Shown here: piece after piece, positions 1-10,943 of the stretch | Layout of the letters: each line of letters opens with the position of its first letter | How positions within the stretch are numbered: the stretch's first letter is position 1 | Notes under the pieces: model-generated | Told to the model about the DNA's origin: nothing | Seen by the model: only the letters and a program-made list of their open reading frames with translations | Databases searched by the model: none | Assembly (NCBI GenBank): GCA_965243135.1 | Contig: OZ251539.1 | Location: 3,840,001 to 3,904,000, forward strand | Direction: 5' to 3' | From: Alphaproteobacteria bacterium | Lineage (GTDB): Bacteria > Pseudomonadota > Alphaproteobacteria > MPNO01 > UBA830 | Length of the DNA stretch: 64,000 bases | Translations under genes and position numbers: made by a program

Positions 1-410
1 GCACAGCGCCCGAACGACAGCGAGGTCGTGGCTGATGAACAGCAACGCGAGTCCCATTTCCTCGCACAGCCCCCGAAGGAGGTCGAGAATCCGGGCCTGA
101 ACGGAAACGTCGAGGCCGGAGACGATTTCGTCGGCGACCACGAATTCCAGCTTCGCCGAGGTCGCGCGGGCGATGCCGACGCGCTGACGCATGCCGCCCG
201 ACAATTCGTGCGGATATTTCCGCAACGCCTGCTCCGGCTCGCGTATGCGGACGGCTTCCAGAAGCGCCCGCTTCCGCGTCGCGCCCCGGGAAAGGCCGAG
301 ATGCTTCCGCAGGACGTCGGTCGTCTGCGTTCCGATGCGGAGCACGGGATTGAGCGCCGCCGTCGGGTCCTGCAGGATCATGGAAATTTCGCGGCCCGGC
401 AGGCCGCCGG
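1..410 (-). pseudogene. Degenerate chimeric duplicate of the ABC ATPase genes (dppD-like 5' part joined to dppF-like 3' part); runs off the window start
   Basis: 1-190 matches 2859-3048 and 191-410 matches about 3914-4139. The junction lies in the shared ABC signature (LSGGxRQRV). Substitutions and small deletions are present. Confidence 0.8.
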
Positions 411-559
411 GCCGAGTTCCCGGCTGCCGCGGGGCATCCCGTCAAGCTGTCGGCGCGCATGGCGACGAGCCGCCCTCGACGAGGCGCTTGCCGACCCGAA
501 CCTGGACGGCCTTTCGCGGAGGCGGCTGCAGAAATGTCCGAACGGGATCTCGTCCGGCT

Positions 560-2092
560 TCAGGCGGCCTCGCAATCGAACCCGACGACGTTGCGCTCCT
601 CGCGGCTGAACTCCACCAGGTGCACCGAACGACCGAAATGGCGGTACTTGTCCGCGTAGCCCTTCTCCCGCAACTGCGCGAGCGCGGTCCCCTCCCGTCC
701 GCGCTCCACCACCTTGAACTCGAACAGGTAGACGCGCCCGCCGGCGCGGATCGCCATGTCGGCGCGCCCCCGGCTGCCGCTGTCCTCGGCGACCGGCTCG
801 AGGCCCTCCATCAGGAAGCAGCTGTGGATGACGCTCGCGTAGTGGGCCTCGTACTTCGCGACCGGGCTGCTCGCGTACCATTGGTGCGGGATGGCGGCGA
901 AAATGCCGCGGAACAGGGTTTCGAGACGCTTGAAGTCGTTCGCCTCCAGCAGTTCGCCCAGCCGCAGGCGCGCCGTCTTCTTGCGCGCCTCGACCGGGAG
1001 CAGCTCTCCCAGCAGGGCCTCTCCCAGGCTCCGGCGCACCTCGAGGTTCGGGTAGTCCAGCCTGTAGCACCCGTCCTCCTCGCCCGCGATGGTGAGGTAG
1101 CCGGTCTGGAACAGAAGCGCCTCGACCGAGATATTGTCCACGTCGAAGGTCGAGAGCAGGCTCTCGCTGCCGATCATGCCGTCCAGGTCGGGAGTGGGCA
1201 GGTCGCGGCGCGTCAGCGTCTCGACCAGGAAGGTCGGCGTGCCGCTCTGGAACCAGTACGGGCGGAACTCGCGCCGCCGAAACAGCAGCAGGACGCCGAA
1301 CGGGTTGTAGAGCCTCTCCGGCCCGCACCAGTTGTAGCCGTTGTACCAGCACCGGATCTCGTCCCGGTCCAGGCCCTCGAGTTCCGGGGCGAAAACCGCG
1401 TCCAGCTCGTCGTCCGTGTAGCCGCAGATGTCCGAGAACTCCGGCTCCAGCGTGACGTCGATCAGGTTGTTCAGGCCCGAGAACAGGCCCGCCTTCGAGA
1501 ATTTGCTCACCCCCGTCAGGAAAACGAAACGCAGCTGCCTGTCGCAGGCCTTGATCACCCCGTACAGGCTGCGCAGAAAGTCGCGGTTGGCCAGCGCCAG
1601 CTCCCGGTCTCCGAGCGCGTCCAGGATCGGCTTGTCGTACTCGTCCACCAGAACGACCGCCCGCTGTCCGGTGCGCTCGTGCAGCGTCCTTATCAGGCGC
1701 CGGAAACGGACCGCCGCCCCGGCGGGACCCGGTTCGAGGCCGGCCTGCATCTCCGTCTCTTCCAGCTGCGCTTCCACGGTTTCCCGAACCCCGTCCGGGC
1801 CGTCGAAGCGGCCCACGCCGCTGAAATCCAGCCGCACGACCGGATGGTGCGCCGACCAGTCCCACCTGCCGTGCACGGCGAGGCCCCGGAACAGCTCCTC
1901 GCTTCCTTCGAACAGCTCCTGCAGCGTGTCCACCAGCAGGCTCTTGCCGAACCGGCGCGGACGCGACAGGAAATAGTACTTGCCCCCTTCGACGAGGCGG
2001 CGCACATGGTCCGTCTTGTCGACGTAGTAGCAGTTCATCCCCCGGATCTCCCGGAGGGAGGAAAAGCCGATCGGAAGCATGCGTTTCGTCAT
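560..2092 (-). CDS. AAA-ATPase-like / PD-(D/E)XK nuclease domain protein (copy 1)
   Basis: LPIG..YYVDKT, Walker A SRPRRFGKS, Walker B LVDEYDKP, C-terminal GRADM..YLFEFK nuclease motif. Confidence 0.9.
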   Translation of the reverse strand: MTKRMLPIGFSSLREIRGMNCYYVDKTDHVRRLVEGGKYYFLSRPRRFGKSLLVDTLQELFEGSEELFRGLAVHGRWDWSAHHPVVRLDFSGVGRFDGPDGVRETVEAQLEETEMQAGLEPGPAGAAVRFRRLIRTLHERTGQRAVVLVDEYDKPILDALGDRELALANRDFLRSLYGVIKACDRQLRFVFLTGVSKFSKAGLFSGLNNLIDVTLEPEFSDICGYTDDELDAVFAPELEGLDRDEIRCWYNGYNWCGPERLYNPFGVLLLFRRREFRPYWFQSGTPTFLVETLTRRDLPTPDLDGMIGSESLLSTFDVDNISVEALLFQTGYLTIAGEEDGCYRLDYPNLEVRRSLGEALLGELLPVEARKKTARLRLGELLEANDFKRLETLFRGIFAAIPHQWYASSPVAKYEAHYASVIHSCFLMEGLEPVAEDSGSRGRADMAIRAGGRVYLFEFKVVERGREGTALAQLREKGYADKYRHFGRSVHLVEFSREERNVVGFDCEAA

Positions 2093-2098
2093 CCGAAG

Positions 2099-2127
2099 AG
2101 GGTAGGCCGCCGCGCCGGAACCGTCAA
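2099..2127 (-). promoter_or_regulatory. Putative sigma70 promoter, probably leaderless, of AAA/PD-(D/E)XK copy 1
   Basis: TTGACG-17 nt-TACCCT, 6 nt before the ATG; same layout upstream of copy 3. Confidence 0.55.
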
Positions 2128-2708
2128 GGATGAGGCGAATTGCGAAGCGCCGCGGCGACTCCTGCCAGGGCAGCGGACCTTCGCGGGAGACCCGGCGCGC
2201 CATCGGCGGCGGACGGGGCGTCACGGCGCGTCTCCCGCGGCAACGTTTTCTCGCCAGCCCGTGGCGCGCCCCTTTCGCCCGGCTTTCGCCCGGCGCGTCC
2301 GTTCGCCGCAGGGGCGGCGTTCGGGCGGAGGCAGCGAAAACGGCGGTTTGCCGCGCCCGGGGCAATGGCTCAACTCGCGTTGCGCCGACGATGGGCGAGA
2401 GGCCGCCTTTCCGCGGAAATCTTCCCCGCTGAAATGGATTTTCTCGCCCTCTTGAGTTTCGCCTCCCAGGCCGGCCCCGGCAATCCCGCCCGCTCTTCGG
2501 CGACAACGTCTGCAGGCGGAACGCTGCGGTCCCGAAACCGGCGCCGAGCGGGAAGTTCCTGCGGCCCGCCGCCGCGGCTACCTCGCCTTTCGTCCTGAAG
2601 ATTGATCGTCCGCGCGGCCCTGTCGGCGGGCGGCCGGAGCGAATTGCGGGGCGCCGGCCGGGCGCCCGGCCGACAAAAAATGGTGCAGCGCAAACGTCTC
2701 GAGTAGCC

Positions 2709-3515
2709 TCAGTCGCGGTCGAGCCAGCCCGGCTCCACCCGCGGCAACGGTATCGCGCCCAGCAATTCGCGGGTGTAGGCGTGCCGCGGCCCGGCGAACA
2801 GGTCGGCGCAGGCGCCCTCCTCGACCACCCTGCCCTCACGCATGACGAGAACCCGGCCGCACAGCGCCCGAACGACGGCGAGATCGTGGCTGATGAACAG
2901 CAACGCGAGTCCCATTTCCTCGCACAGCCCCCGAAGGAGGTCGAGAATCCGGGCCTGAACGGAAACGTCGAGGCCGGAGACGATTTCGTCGGCGACCACG
3001 AATTCCGGCTTCGCCGAAATCGCGCGGGCGATGCCGACGCGCTGACGCTGCCCGCCCGACAACTGGTGCGGGTAACGCGCCGCGCAGTCGGCCGGCAACC
3101 CGACGCGTTCCAGCAGTTCGTCCGCGTGCTCGCGGGCTTCGCGCCTCGACGCCGCGAGTCCGAAGGCGAGCGGCGGGTCCGTCAGAATGCGGGCGATCCG
3201 ATGCCGCGGATTGAGCGCCGAAAGCGGATCCTGAAAGATCATCTGCATGTGGCGGCGCAGCGGCCGGAGTTCCCGTTCGGGAAGGCGGGTGATGTCGCGG
3301 CCGCGGAAACGGATCGTTCCGCCGACGGGCGTGCACAGGCGCATGACGGCGCGGCCGAGCGTGGTCTTGCCGGAACCGGATTCCCCGACCACGCCGACCG
3401 CCTCGCCGGCCGCCACGTCGAGATCGACGCCGAACAGGACCTGCGTGAGCGGCGGCGGCCCCGCCAGGGGCTTGCGGCCCGGATAGGCGACTTCGATCCC
3501 GCGCGCTTCAAGCAC
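2709..3515 (-). CDS. Dipeptide/oligopeptide ABC transporter ATP-binding protein (DppF/OppF-like)
   Basis: [23 protein letters not shown]. Confidence 0.92.
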   Translation of the reverse strand: MLEARGIEVAYPGRKPLAGPPPLTQVLFGVDLDVAAGEAVGVVGESGSGKTTLGRAVMRLCTPVGGTIRFRGRDITRLPERELRPLRRHMQMIFQDPLSALNPRHRIARILTDPPLAFGLAASRREAREHADELLERVGLPADCAARYPHQLSGGQRQRVGIARAISAKPEFVVADEIVSGLDVSVQARILDLLRGLCEEMGLALLFISHDLAVVRALCGRVLVMREGRVVEEGACADLFAGPRHAYTRELLGAIPLPRVEPGWLDRD

Positions 3516-4371
3516 CGCGGCGCGCCTCGTCGTAGGCGAAAGCCTCCTGCCACAAGCGCCGCGCGAGTTCGTCCGGCACCGGACGGAGCGCGGCGGCCGG
3601 ACGGTCGTGGCGCGGCGTCGCGGCGAGCAGGGCGCGGGTGTAGTCGTGGCGGGGAGCGTCGAACAGTTCCGCGACCGGCGCGGTTTCGACGATCCTGCCT
3701 GCGTGAATGACGCTGACCTCGTCGCAAATCTTCGCGACGACGCCGAGATCGTGGGTGATGAACAGCACGGCGGCTCCGGTTCGCGACTGCTGTTCCTTGA
3801 TGAGCCGCAGGATCCTTTTCTGCACGGTCACGTCGAGGGCCGTCGTCGGTTCGTCCGCGATCACCAGCTTGGGATCGCAGGCGAACGCGATCGCGATGAT
3901 GACGCGCTGACGCATGCCGCCCGACAATTCATGCGGATATTTCCGCAACGCCTGCTCCGGATCGCGTATGCGGACGGCTTCCAGAAGCTCCCGGGCGCGC
4001 GTCCGCGCCGCGCCCCGGGAAAGGCCGAGATGCTTCCGCAGGACGTCGGTCGTCTGCGTTCCGATGCGGAGCACGGGATTGAGCGCCGCCGTCGGGTCCT
4101 GCAGGATCATGGAAATTTCGCGGCCCGGCAGGCCGCCGGACGGCCTGCCCGAAAAGCGTATCGCGCCTCCGGTGACGGTCGCGGCGGCGGGAAGGATGTC
4201 CAGCACCGCTCTGCCCACCAGGGTCTTGCCGCCGCCCGACTCGCCGACCAGGCCGTGGACCGCGCCGCGCGGGATGTCGAGGCTGACGCCCCGCAGGACG
4301 GGCCTGCGGCCGCCGCGCTCCCGGATTTCGAGATGCAGATTTTCGATCGACAGGACGGGCGGCGCGCTCAT
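3508..4371 (-). CDS. Dipeptide/oligopeptide ABC transporter ATP-binding protein (DppD/OppD-like)
   Basis: GESGGGKT, YPHELSGGMRQRV, ADEPTTALD; start MSAPPVLSIENL overlaps the upstream stop. Confidence 0.92.
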   Translation of the reverse strand: MSAPPVLSIENLHLEIRERGGRRPVLRGVSLDIPRGAVHGLVGESGGGKTLVGRAVLDILPAAATVTGGAIRFSGRPSGGLPGREISMILQDPTAALNPVLRIGTQTTDVLRKHLGLSRGAARTRARELLEAVRIRDPEQALRKYPHELSGGMRQRVIIAIAFACDPKLVIADEPTTALDVTVQKRILRLIKEQQSRTGAAVLFITHDLGVVAKICDEVSVIHAGRIVETAPVAELFDAPRHDYTRALLAATPRHDRPAAALRPVPDELARRLWQEAFAYDEARRGA

Positions 4372-5183
4372 TTTCGCGGATCGAGCGCCTGGCGCAGTCC
4401 GTCCCCCAGCGCGTTGAGGCCGACCACCGAGACGACGATGCAGCCGATCGGCAGGGTCATCGCCCACCAGGCCTGGTGGACGTATTCCCGGCCTTCCGCG
4501 ATCATGCCGCCCCAGGTCGCGATATTGGACGAGGAGAAGCCGACGAAGCTGAGGATCGCTTCCACGACGATGGCGATTCCCATTTCGAGCGCGAAGAGAA
4601 CGAGCATGAGCGGCGCGACGTTGGGCACGATCTCGTCGAACAGGATGCGGCGGCGGCTCTTGCCGACGGTCACGGCGGCGGCGACGAAATCCTGCTCCCG
4701 CAGCACCAGGACTTCGGAACGGACGACGCGGCAGAAGCGCGTCCAGTCGATGACGACGATCGCGAGGATCACGGCGTGGAGCCCGGCTCCGATCACCGCC
4801 ACGAGGACGATCGCGAGCAGGACGGGCGGAAAGGACATGAAGGTCTCGACCGTCCGCGAAATCAACGCGTCCACCCAGCCGCCGTAAAACCCGGAATACA
4901 GGCCGAGGAAGATGCCGATGGCGGCCGAGAACAGGGCGCCGAGCAAGGCGACGGCGACGGCCGGCCGCGCGCCGTGGATGAGGCGCGACAGCACGTCCCG
5001 CCCGAGCGAGTCCGTCCCGAAGGCGTGATCGGCGCTGCCGCCGTCCGACCAGGCGGGGGGCAGATACTGCGCCATGAGGTCCTGGTCCAGGGGATCGTGC
5101 GGAGCCAGCGCGGGCGCGAGCGCCGCGCAGGCGATCAGCGCCCCGAGAACCGTCAGGCCGAACGCGAGGCGCGGATTACCCAT
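4368..5183 (-). CDS. Peptide ABC transporter permease (DppC-like)
   Basis: FGTDSLGRDVLSRL, hydrophobic helices, GLNALGDGLRQALDP. Confidence 0.92.
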   Translation of the reverse strand: MGNPRLAFGLTVLGALIACAALAPALAPHDPLDQDLMAQYLPPAWSDGGSADHAFGTDSLGRDVLSRLIHGARPAVAVALLGALFSAAIGIFLGLYSGFYGGWVDALISRTVETFMSFPPVLLAIVLVAVIGAGLHAVILAIVVIDWTRFCRVVRSEVLVLREQDFVAAAVTVGKSRRRILFDEIVPNVAPLMLVLFALEMGIAIVVEAILSFVGFSSSNIATWGGMIAEGREYVHQAWWAMTLPIGCIVVSVVGLNALGDGLRQALDPRK

Positions 5184-6177
5184 GCCGCACCCTGGGGTTC
5201 AGCAGCGCATAGGTCGCGTCGATGACGAAGTTGAGCAGAATGAAGAGGATCGCGAAGGTCAGGGTGATTCCCTGGATCAGCGGCAGGTCGCGGTTTATCA
5301 CCGCTCTCACCGCCATGTTGCCGATCCCGGGATAGGCGAAGATCAGTTCGATCAGCACGGTGCCGCCGAGGAGAAACATGAACTGGACGCCGCTCAGCGT
5401 CACCGCGGGGATGAGGGCGTTGGGAAGCGCGTGGCGCGTCAGGATCCGCGCTTCCCCGAAACCCTTGACGCGGGCGAGCAGGATGTAGTCCTGACCGACC
5501 GCTTCGAGCAGGGAGGACTTGAGCACCCGCGAGATGACCGCGGCGAGCGGCAGGCCGAGAGCGAGAACCGGCAGCGTCATGTGCTTCAACAGGACGCCCG
5601 CGGCGGCGAAATCGCCGCGGACGACGCTCTCCGCCAGGTAGAACCCGGTGTCGAAATCGACCGCCAGCGTGGGGTCGAGCCGCCCGGAGACCGGCAGAAC
5701 CGGGATCAGAACGCCGAAGAACAGGATCAGCAAGAGCGCCCAGAGAAAATCGGGCACGGCGATCATCGTTCCGTTGACTCCGTCGACCAACGCCTCCGGC
5801 CAGCGGCCGCGCCAGTAGGCGGCGGCGAGCGCCAGCGCGATTCCGAGGGCGACCCCGACGGCCATCGCGACGACGGCGAGCTCGAGGGTCGGCGGCAGGC
5901 GCTGCAGAATCAGATCGGCGACGTTCTGCTTGAAACTGATCGACGTGCCGAAATCGCCGGTCGCGACATTGCCGAGATAGATCAGAAACTGCTCGAGAAT
6001 CGACCTGTCCAGCCCGTAGAATTCCCGCAGGCGCCGAACGTCGTCCGCCGTCGCCTCCGGGCCGATCATCATCGCGACGGGATCGCCCGGCACGATCCGA
6101 AGCAGCACGAATACGACCACCATTACGCCGAAAAGCGTCGGCACGGCCGTCCAGAGCCGCTTCAGACTTCCCGACAT
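5176..6177 (-). CDS. Peptide ABC transporter permease (DppB-like)
   Basis: PGDPV, GDFGTS, DYILLARVKG (EAA region), RDLPLIQG. Confidence 0.92.
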   Translation of the reverse strand: MSGSLKRLWTAVPTLFGVMVVVFVLLRIVPGDPVAMMIGPEATADDVRRLREFYGLDRSILEQFLIYLGNVATGDFGTSISFKQNVADLILQRLPPTLELAVVAMAVGVALGIALALAAAYWRGRWPEALVDGVNGTMIAVPDFLWALLLILFFGVLIPVLPVSGRLDPTLAVDFDTGFYLAESVVRGDFAAAGVLLKHMTLPVLALGLPLAAVISRVLKSSLLEAVGQDYILLARVKGFGEARILTRHALPNALIPAVTLSGVQFMFLLGGTVLIELIFAYPGIGNMAVRAVINRDLPLIQGITLTFAILFILLNFVIDATYALLNPRVRHG

Positions 6178-6219
6178 GCGCTCTCCCCCGCGCCGTCGGG
6201 TCCGGCGCGGGAGCGCCGT

Positions 6220-7749
6220 CTAGTTTCGGCCGATCTTCGCGGGCAATACGTAGTTGGCGACATGCGGCGTGAAGGACAGTCCGGACTTGTAGATCACCGG
6301 CTGGTGAAACTGCCATAGCGGCAGGACCAGAGCGTTGTCGGCGATGTACTTGTTGGCGTCGTCGTAGCCCGCGATCCGGCGGTCGTAGTCCCGCTCCTGA
6401 AACAGCTTCAGGAGCTTGGCGGACAACTCTTCGCCGTCCCATACCGAGTGCGGGCTGGGGCCGAACATGGCGTGGCCGGTCGAGTTCTCCGGATCGGCGG
6501 AGGAATTGCCCCAGCTGTAGTAAGCCGCGGGCGCGAGCTTGTCCTGCGCGCGCAGTTCGAAGTGCTTGGCGATCTCGTACACCTCGATTTCCGCCTGAAT
6601 GCCGACCCGCCGCCACATGCCGACGATCGCCTGAACGGTCTCGTAGTCCTTGGGCTTGTAACCGCGGGTCGTCTGAATCGTGAACTTCACCGGGTTCTCG
6701 CGCGAGTGCCCGCTGGCGGCGAGCAGCTTCGCGGCCATATCCGGATCGTAGGGAGTCTTGATGCCGGGGTTGTAGCCGACGTACTGCTCGGTCAGCAGCG
6801 TGTCGATCGGCGTGGCGAGACCGCCCATGAGGCGGTCGACGATGGCCCGCTTGTCGATCGCGTGCACCATCGCCTTGCGCACGTTGGCGTCCTTCATGGG
6901 GCCGACGTCGTTGATGAAGATCATCGCGATGTCGCTCACCGGATGCGCGACGCCTTCGAGGCCGGCCTTGTTCTTGAGTCTCGTGAACTCCTCGTGCGGC
7001 AGGTCGAGCGTGAGGTCGGACGAGCCGCTTTCGATTTCGGCGACGCGGCTCGACGAGTCGGTGACGAACTTGAACACCACCGTCTCGAAGGCGGGTTTCG
7101 GCCCCCAGTAGTTGGGGTTCCGCTTGAGCCGCGCGAACGAGCCGCGGGAATACTGGTCGAGCTGATAGGGTCCCGATCCCATCGGCGCCTTTTCGAAGCC
7201 TTCCTTGCCCACCTTCTCGTAGTAGTGCGGCGGGAGGAGATAGGCGCCTAGGAAGCTCAGCCACGTCAGGATCGTCGCCCGGTAAGGCTCGAGATCGGCG
7301 GTGACCGTGTCGCCGTCGATCTTGAAATTCTTCAGGCTGGCCCAGACGAACTGGATTGGATTGCCGGTCTTCGGGTCGCCGAGCCGCTTGAGATTCCAGA
7401 CGATGTCCTCGGCGGTGATCGGTTTGCCGTCCGCCCATCGCCGTCCGGCGCCGAGCTTCAGGCGGACCCCGGTCCCCTTCGCGTCGTAGGACCACTCGGT
7501 CAGCACGCCGGGTATCTGCTTCAAATCGGGCGCCTGATCGACGTACTGGTCGAAAACCGATTTGTAGATCGACGCAAGCGCCGGATTGACGGCGGAGGTC
7601 CCCGTCGTCGGATCCCAGGAGGGCACCGGCAGGTTGTAAGCGATCGTCAGCGTGTCTCCGGTCGCGGCCCGGGCCGCTCCGAGGATGGGCGAGATAGTGC
7701 CGAGCGCCGCGGCGCCGGCCAGGAAGTCCCTTCGATGCAAGCTGCCCAT
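6220..7749 (-). CDS. ABC transporter substrate-binding protein, family 5, with Tat signal
   Basis: N-terminal RRDFL twin-arginine motif; DGKPITAEDI, PMGSGPY, NPNYWG, VRKAMVHAID. Confidence 0.9.
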   Translation of the reverse strand: MGSLHRRDFLAGAAALGTISPILGAARAATGDTLTIAYNLPVPSWDPTTGTSAVNPALASIYKSVFDQYVDQAPDLKQIPGVLTEWSYDAKGTGVRLKLGAGRRWADGKPITAEDIVWNLKRLGDPKTGNPIQFVWASLKNFKIDGDTVTADLEPYRATILTWLSFLGAYLLPPHYYEKVGKEGFEKAPMGSGPYQLDQYSRGSFARLKRNPNYWGPKPAFETVVFKFVTDSSSRVAEIESGSSDLTLDLPHEEFTRLKNKAGLEGVAHPVSDIAMIFINDVGPMKDANVRKAMVHAIDKRAIVDRLMGGLATPIDTLLTEQYVGYNPGIKTPYDPDMAAKLLAASGHSRENPVKFTIQTTRGYKPKDYETVQAIVGMWRRVGIQAEIEVYEIAKHFELRAQDKLAPAAYYSWGNSSADPENSTGHAMFGPSPHSVWDGEELSAKLLKLFQERDYDRRIAGYDDANKYIADNALVLPLWQFHQPVIYKSGLSFTPHVANYVLPAKIGRN

Positions 7750-7893
7750 GACCGTTGTCTCCTCCGTTTGTCGACCGGCCGCAGTGTGCATGCGTCGCCG
7801 CTTTCTGTCAAAACCGGCCGCGTCCGTTCGGTTCTCCTCGGACGAGCCGAAACGACCTCGCAGAAAAGGCCTTGAAGGCGCCGGAGACGCTCC

Positions 7894-8814
7894 ATGCCCT
7901 TGCCGACTCCCGCTGCCGTTTACGCCGCCGTTCCGCCCTCCGTTCGCGGCGTCGTCCTGATGATGACGTCCGCCTTGTGCGTCGTCGGCATGAACGTCTC
8001 CGTGCGCCATGTCGCCGAGGATCTCCACCCGTTCGTCATCGGCTTCTTCCGCCACGTCATCGGCGCGGCCCTGCTGGCGCCCTTTTTCCTGAACGGCGCG
8101 CCCCTTCGCACGCGGCGATTGCCTCTGCACGCCTTGCGCGCGCTGCTCAACGTGGCCGCGATGCTCGCCTATTTTCTCGCGCTGACGCTGGTGCCGCTCG
8201 CCAAGGTCGTCGCCCTGTCGTTCTCCGCGCCGCTGGTGGCGACAGCGGGCGCGATTCTGCTTCTCGGCGAGAAGGTCACGTTGCCGCGCGCCCTCGCGCT
8301 CGCGGTCGGTTTTTCCGGCGCCCTGATCATCCTGCGGCCCTGGACCGTCGAGATCGGTCCGGGATTGGCGCTGGTGTTGTTCTCGGCCGTCCTGTGGGGA
8401 GCGACCCTGGTCGTCATCAAGCTTCTTTCCCGCACCGAAACGCCGGTGACCATCACGCTTTACGCGTCGCTGCTGCAGGTGCCCTTCGCGCTCGTCGCCG
8501 CGTTGTTCCATTGGCAATGGCCGACGCCCGGACAACTGGCGTTCATCGCCGTCGTCGCCCTGTTCGGCGCAGGCACCCAGCTCGCCCTGTCGCAAGCGTT
8601 CCGCGAAGCCGACGCGACCGTCGTGCTTCCGGCGGACTTCACCAAGCTCGTCTTCGCGGGCGTCGCCGGCTGGATCTTCTTCGCGGAGTTGCCGGAGCTC
8701 TGGGTCTGGATCGGCGGCGCCGTGGTCTTCAGCGGCGTCATGCTCAACGCCTGGCTCGACAGGAGGAACCGTCCCGTTGCGCCGACAGGCAATTCGCCCC
8801 ACACTCCCGCTTAG
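7894..8814 (+). CDS. DMT/EamA family transporter
   Basis: About 10 hydrophobic segments; LLGEKV, GWIFFAELP. Confidence 0.88.
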   Translation: MPLPTPAAVYAAVPPSVRGVVLMMTSALCVVGMNVSVRHVAEDLHPFVIGFFRHVIGAALLAPFFLNGAPLRTRRLPLHALRALLNVAAMLAYFLALTLVPLAKVVALSFSAPLVATAGAILLLGEKVTLPRALALAVGFSGALIILRPWTVEIGPGLALVLFSAVLWGATLVVIKLLSRTETPVTITLYASLLQVPFALVAALFHWQWPTPGQLAFIAVVALFGAGTQLALSQAFREADATVVLPADFTKLVFAGVAGWIFFAELPELWVWIGGAVVFSGVMLNAWLDRRNRPVAPTGNSPHTPA

Positions 8815-8833
8815 GAGAAGGAAGGAGTCCGGC

Positions 8834-9694
8834 ATGAAGGTCTGGCGCGACTACACGCAGGAGGAACTCGACGCCAATTACAATCAGGCGTCGCTGGTTC
8901 CCGACGTGGAGGCGTACTCGCAGAGGAACCTCGACCGCAGCGCAGAGGTCCGGGCCGCGACGGAATATGTCGCGGACGTTCCGTACGGCCCGACGCTGGA
9001 CGAGAGACTCGACATCTTCCCGGCCGAACGGAAAGGGGGCCCGGTCGCGGTGTATTGCCACGGCGGCGCCTGGACGCGGACGCGCAAGGAGCATTACTCG
9101 TTTCTGGCGCCGCCGTTCGTCGCCGCGGGCGTGACCTTTCTTGTGCTGGATTTCAGCCTCGCTCCGAAAGCCTCGCTGGACGAGATGGTTCGCCAGTGCC
9201 GCGCCGGCCTCGCTTGGGTCTGGCGCAACGCCGACGCGCGCGGCTGGGACCGGGACCGGATCCACGTGCTGGGGCACTCGTCGGGCGGGCATCTTTCGGC
9301 CATGACGCTGACGACGGACTGGGAAGGCGAGTACGGGCTGCCCGCCGATCTGATCAAGAGCGGCGCCCCGCTCAGCGGCATGTACGATCTCGAACCCGTC
9401 CGACTGAGCCACCGCAACGCCTATCTCGACCTTACCGAGAAATCGGCCCTGCGGAACAGCCCGATCCATCGCATTCCCGAGCGGGCGATCCCGATCGTGA
9501 ACGCCTGCGGCGACGGCGAACTTGCGGAGTTCCAGCGCCAGAACCGGGAATTCGCGCAAGCCTGGCGGGACGCGGGGCATCCGGTGAACGAGATCGCGAT
9601 GGAAGGCTTCAATCATTTCGAGGTCTGCATAGAAGTCGCCAATCCGGAAGGCCGGCTCTTGCCTGCGATTCTCGCCAATATCGTCCCCGGATAG
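8834..9694 (+). CDS. Alpha/beta hydrolase (arylformamidase/esterase-like)
   Basis: HGGAW, GHSSGG nucleophile elbow, NHF; RBS GGAG upstream. Confidence 0.88.
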   Translation: MKVWRDYTQEELDANYNQASLVPDVEAYSQRNLDRSAEVRAATEYVADVPYGPTLDERLDIFPAERKGGPVAVYCHGGAWTRTRKEHYSFLAPPFVAAGVTFLVLDFSLAPKASLDEMVRQCRAGLAWVWRNADARGWDRDRIHVLGHSSGGHLSAMTLTTDWEGEYGLPADLIKSGAPLSGMYDLEPVRLSHRNAYLDLTEKSALRNSPIHRIPERAIPIVNACGDGELAEFQRQNREFAQAWRDAGHPVNEIAMEGFNHFEVCIEVANPEGRLLPAILANIVPG

Positions 9695-10059
9695 TCGCCC
9701 TGAGCAGTAACGATGTCCTCCTGGCGTCGTTCTGGCAACCCGTGACGAGAGGTCTTGCCGGAGAGACGACTCGACCAAGCTCCGTTATCGGATTTTGCCT
9801 ACCGTCAGCGGCAATGCGAGCGCGGTGCTTGCGCATCCGACAACCGAAGCGCCGGAGCAACGTGTCGCTCGGACGGCAAGCCGACACTCACGACATGTTC
9901 TTGACCTGCCTACTCGGCACCCGTGCCAACCCGTTTCCGACCGTCGTCTGGCACCGCCCGGAGATCGAGTCAGAAAGAGCAAAGGCGGGGCATTCGATCG
10001 TGCGTCCGCTCCGGGCGATGAGCGAGAAAACGACGAAGCGCGTCTACGCACGGGGCGAG

Positions 10060-10666
10060 GTCCGGCCAACCGGACTCTTGGGGCGCTGACATTCAACTTG
10101 ACGGAAATTCGGGGTCTGCGCCCGGACAGCTCGGCCCTGCCGGCGCACCAGGCTTTTCCGCGAGATGAAGCGCAAGCGGTTTCTTTCCGATACGCCGACG
10201 CCTCGGCAAGATGCGAGATCGAGCCGAATGGCTCGGAGACGCCCTTGGCCGCCGCTCCGTCTGCCTGCCGGCCGCCGACTCCCGGAAATCCAGAGGCCGC
10301 GTTGGGAGCGTATCGACCTCGATGGGCTCCGGCTCCCCGACACTAAGACCGTCGCCACCGTCGCGCATTCGGCCGATCCGGCCATCGCGGTGCTGCAACT
10401 CTCGATAGGCGGGACGGCAATGCCTCGGTCATCGCCGGGCCAGGATGCCGCCCGACCAGCCAAGCCCTAGCGGCGCATCCGGGATCTACGATATGCGAAT
10501 CCACCACGCACGCCGCACGCGAAAACTTCGCCAGCGGTGGTCCGACAAGTTGCTCGGCCATACCCGGGATACCCGGGGCACCGCTCGCTGCGGCCATATT
10601 GCCGACGATTCCGTCAAGACCGCCGACCTCACCGCCACCGCGAAAATCAACTGGATGGCATCTTGA
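10060..10666 (+). pseudogene. Tyrosine recombinase/integrase remnant
   Basis: Fragments in shifting frames: ANRTLGAL..FNLTEIRGLRPD, EMKRKRFLS, GRRLPEIQRPRWERIDL..LRLPDTKT, DMRIHHAR..KLLGHT..TARCGHIADDSVK (decayed R..HxxR..H..Y catalytic set). Confidence 0.75.
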
Positions 10667-10713
10667 CAAAAGATGACGGCTAGCTTTTTTTGTACGCATG
10701 TATACGTCGTTCC

Positions 10714-10926
10714 ATGATCGGTGACGAATTTGTACGGCGAGTCCGAAGGCTTGGCAGGGAGCGGGGCATTGCGGTGCGCTTCGAATCCCGAAAAGGCAAG
10801 GGAAGCCATGGTCGCCTTTACTACGGGGACCGTTTCGCCACGGTCAAGGATCGCCGCAAAGAAATTAGCCAAGGTCTCCTCGCGGCCATGATCCGGCAAC
10901 TCGGGATATCCCGAGAAGACATCTGA
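10714..10926 (+). CDS. hicA: Type II toxin, HicA family
   Basis: 70 aa basic protein with KGKGSH motif and EI..GLLAAMIRQLGI. Confidence 0.85.
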   Translation: MIGDEFVRRVRRLGRERGIAVRFESRKGKGSHGRLYYGDRFATVKDRRKEISQGLLAAMIRQLGISREDI

Positions 10927-10943
10927 GGGAACGAAAGAATCAC

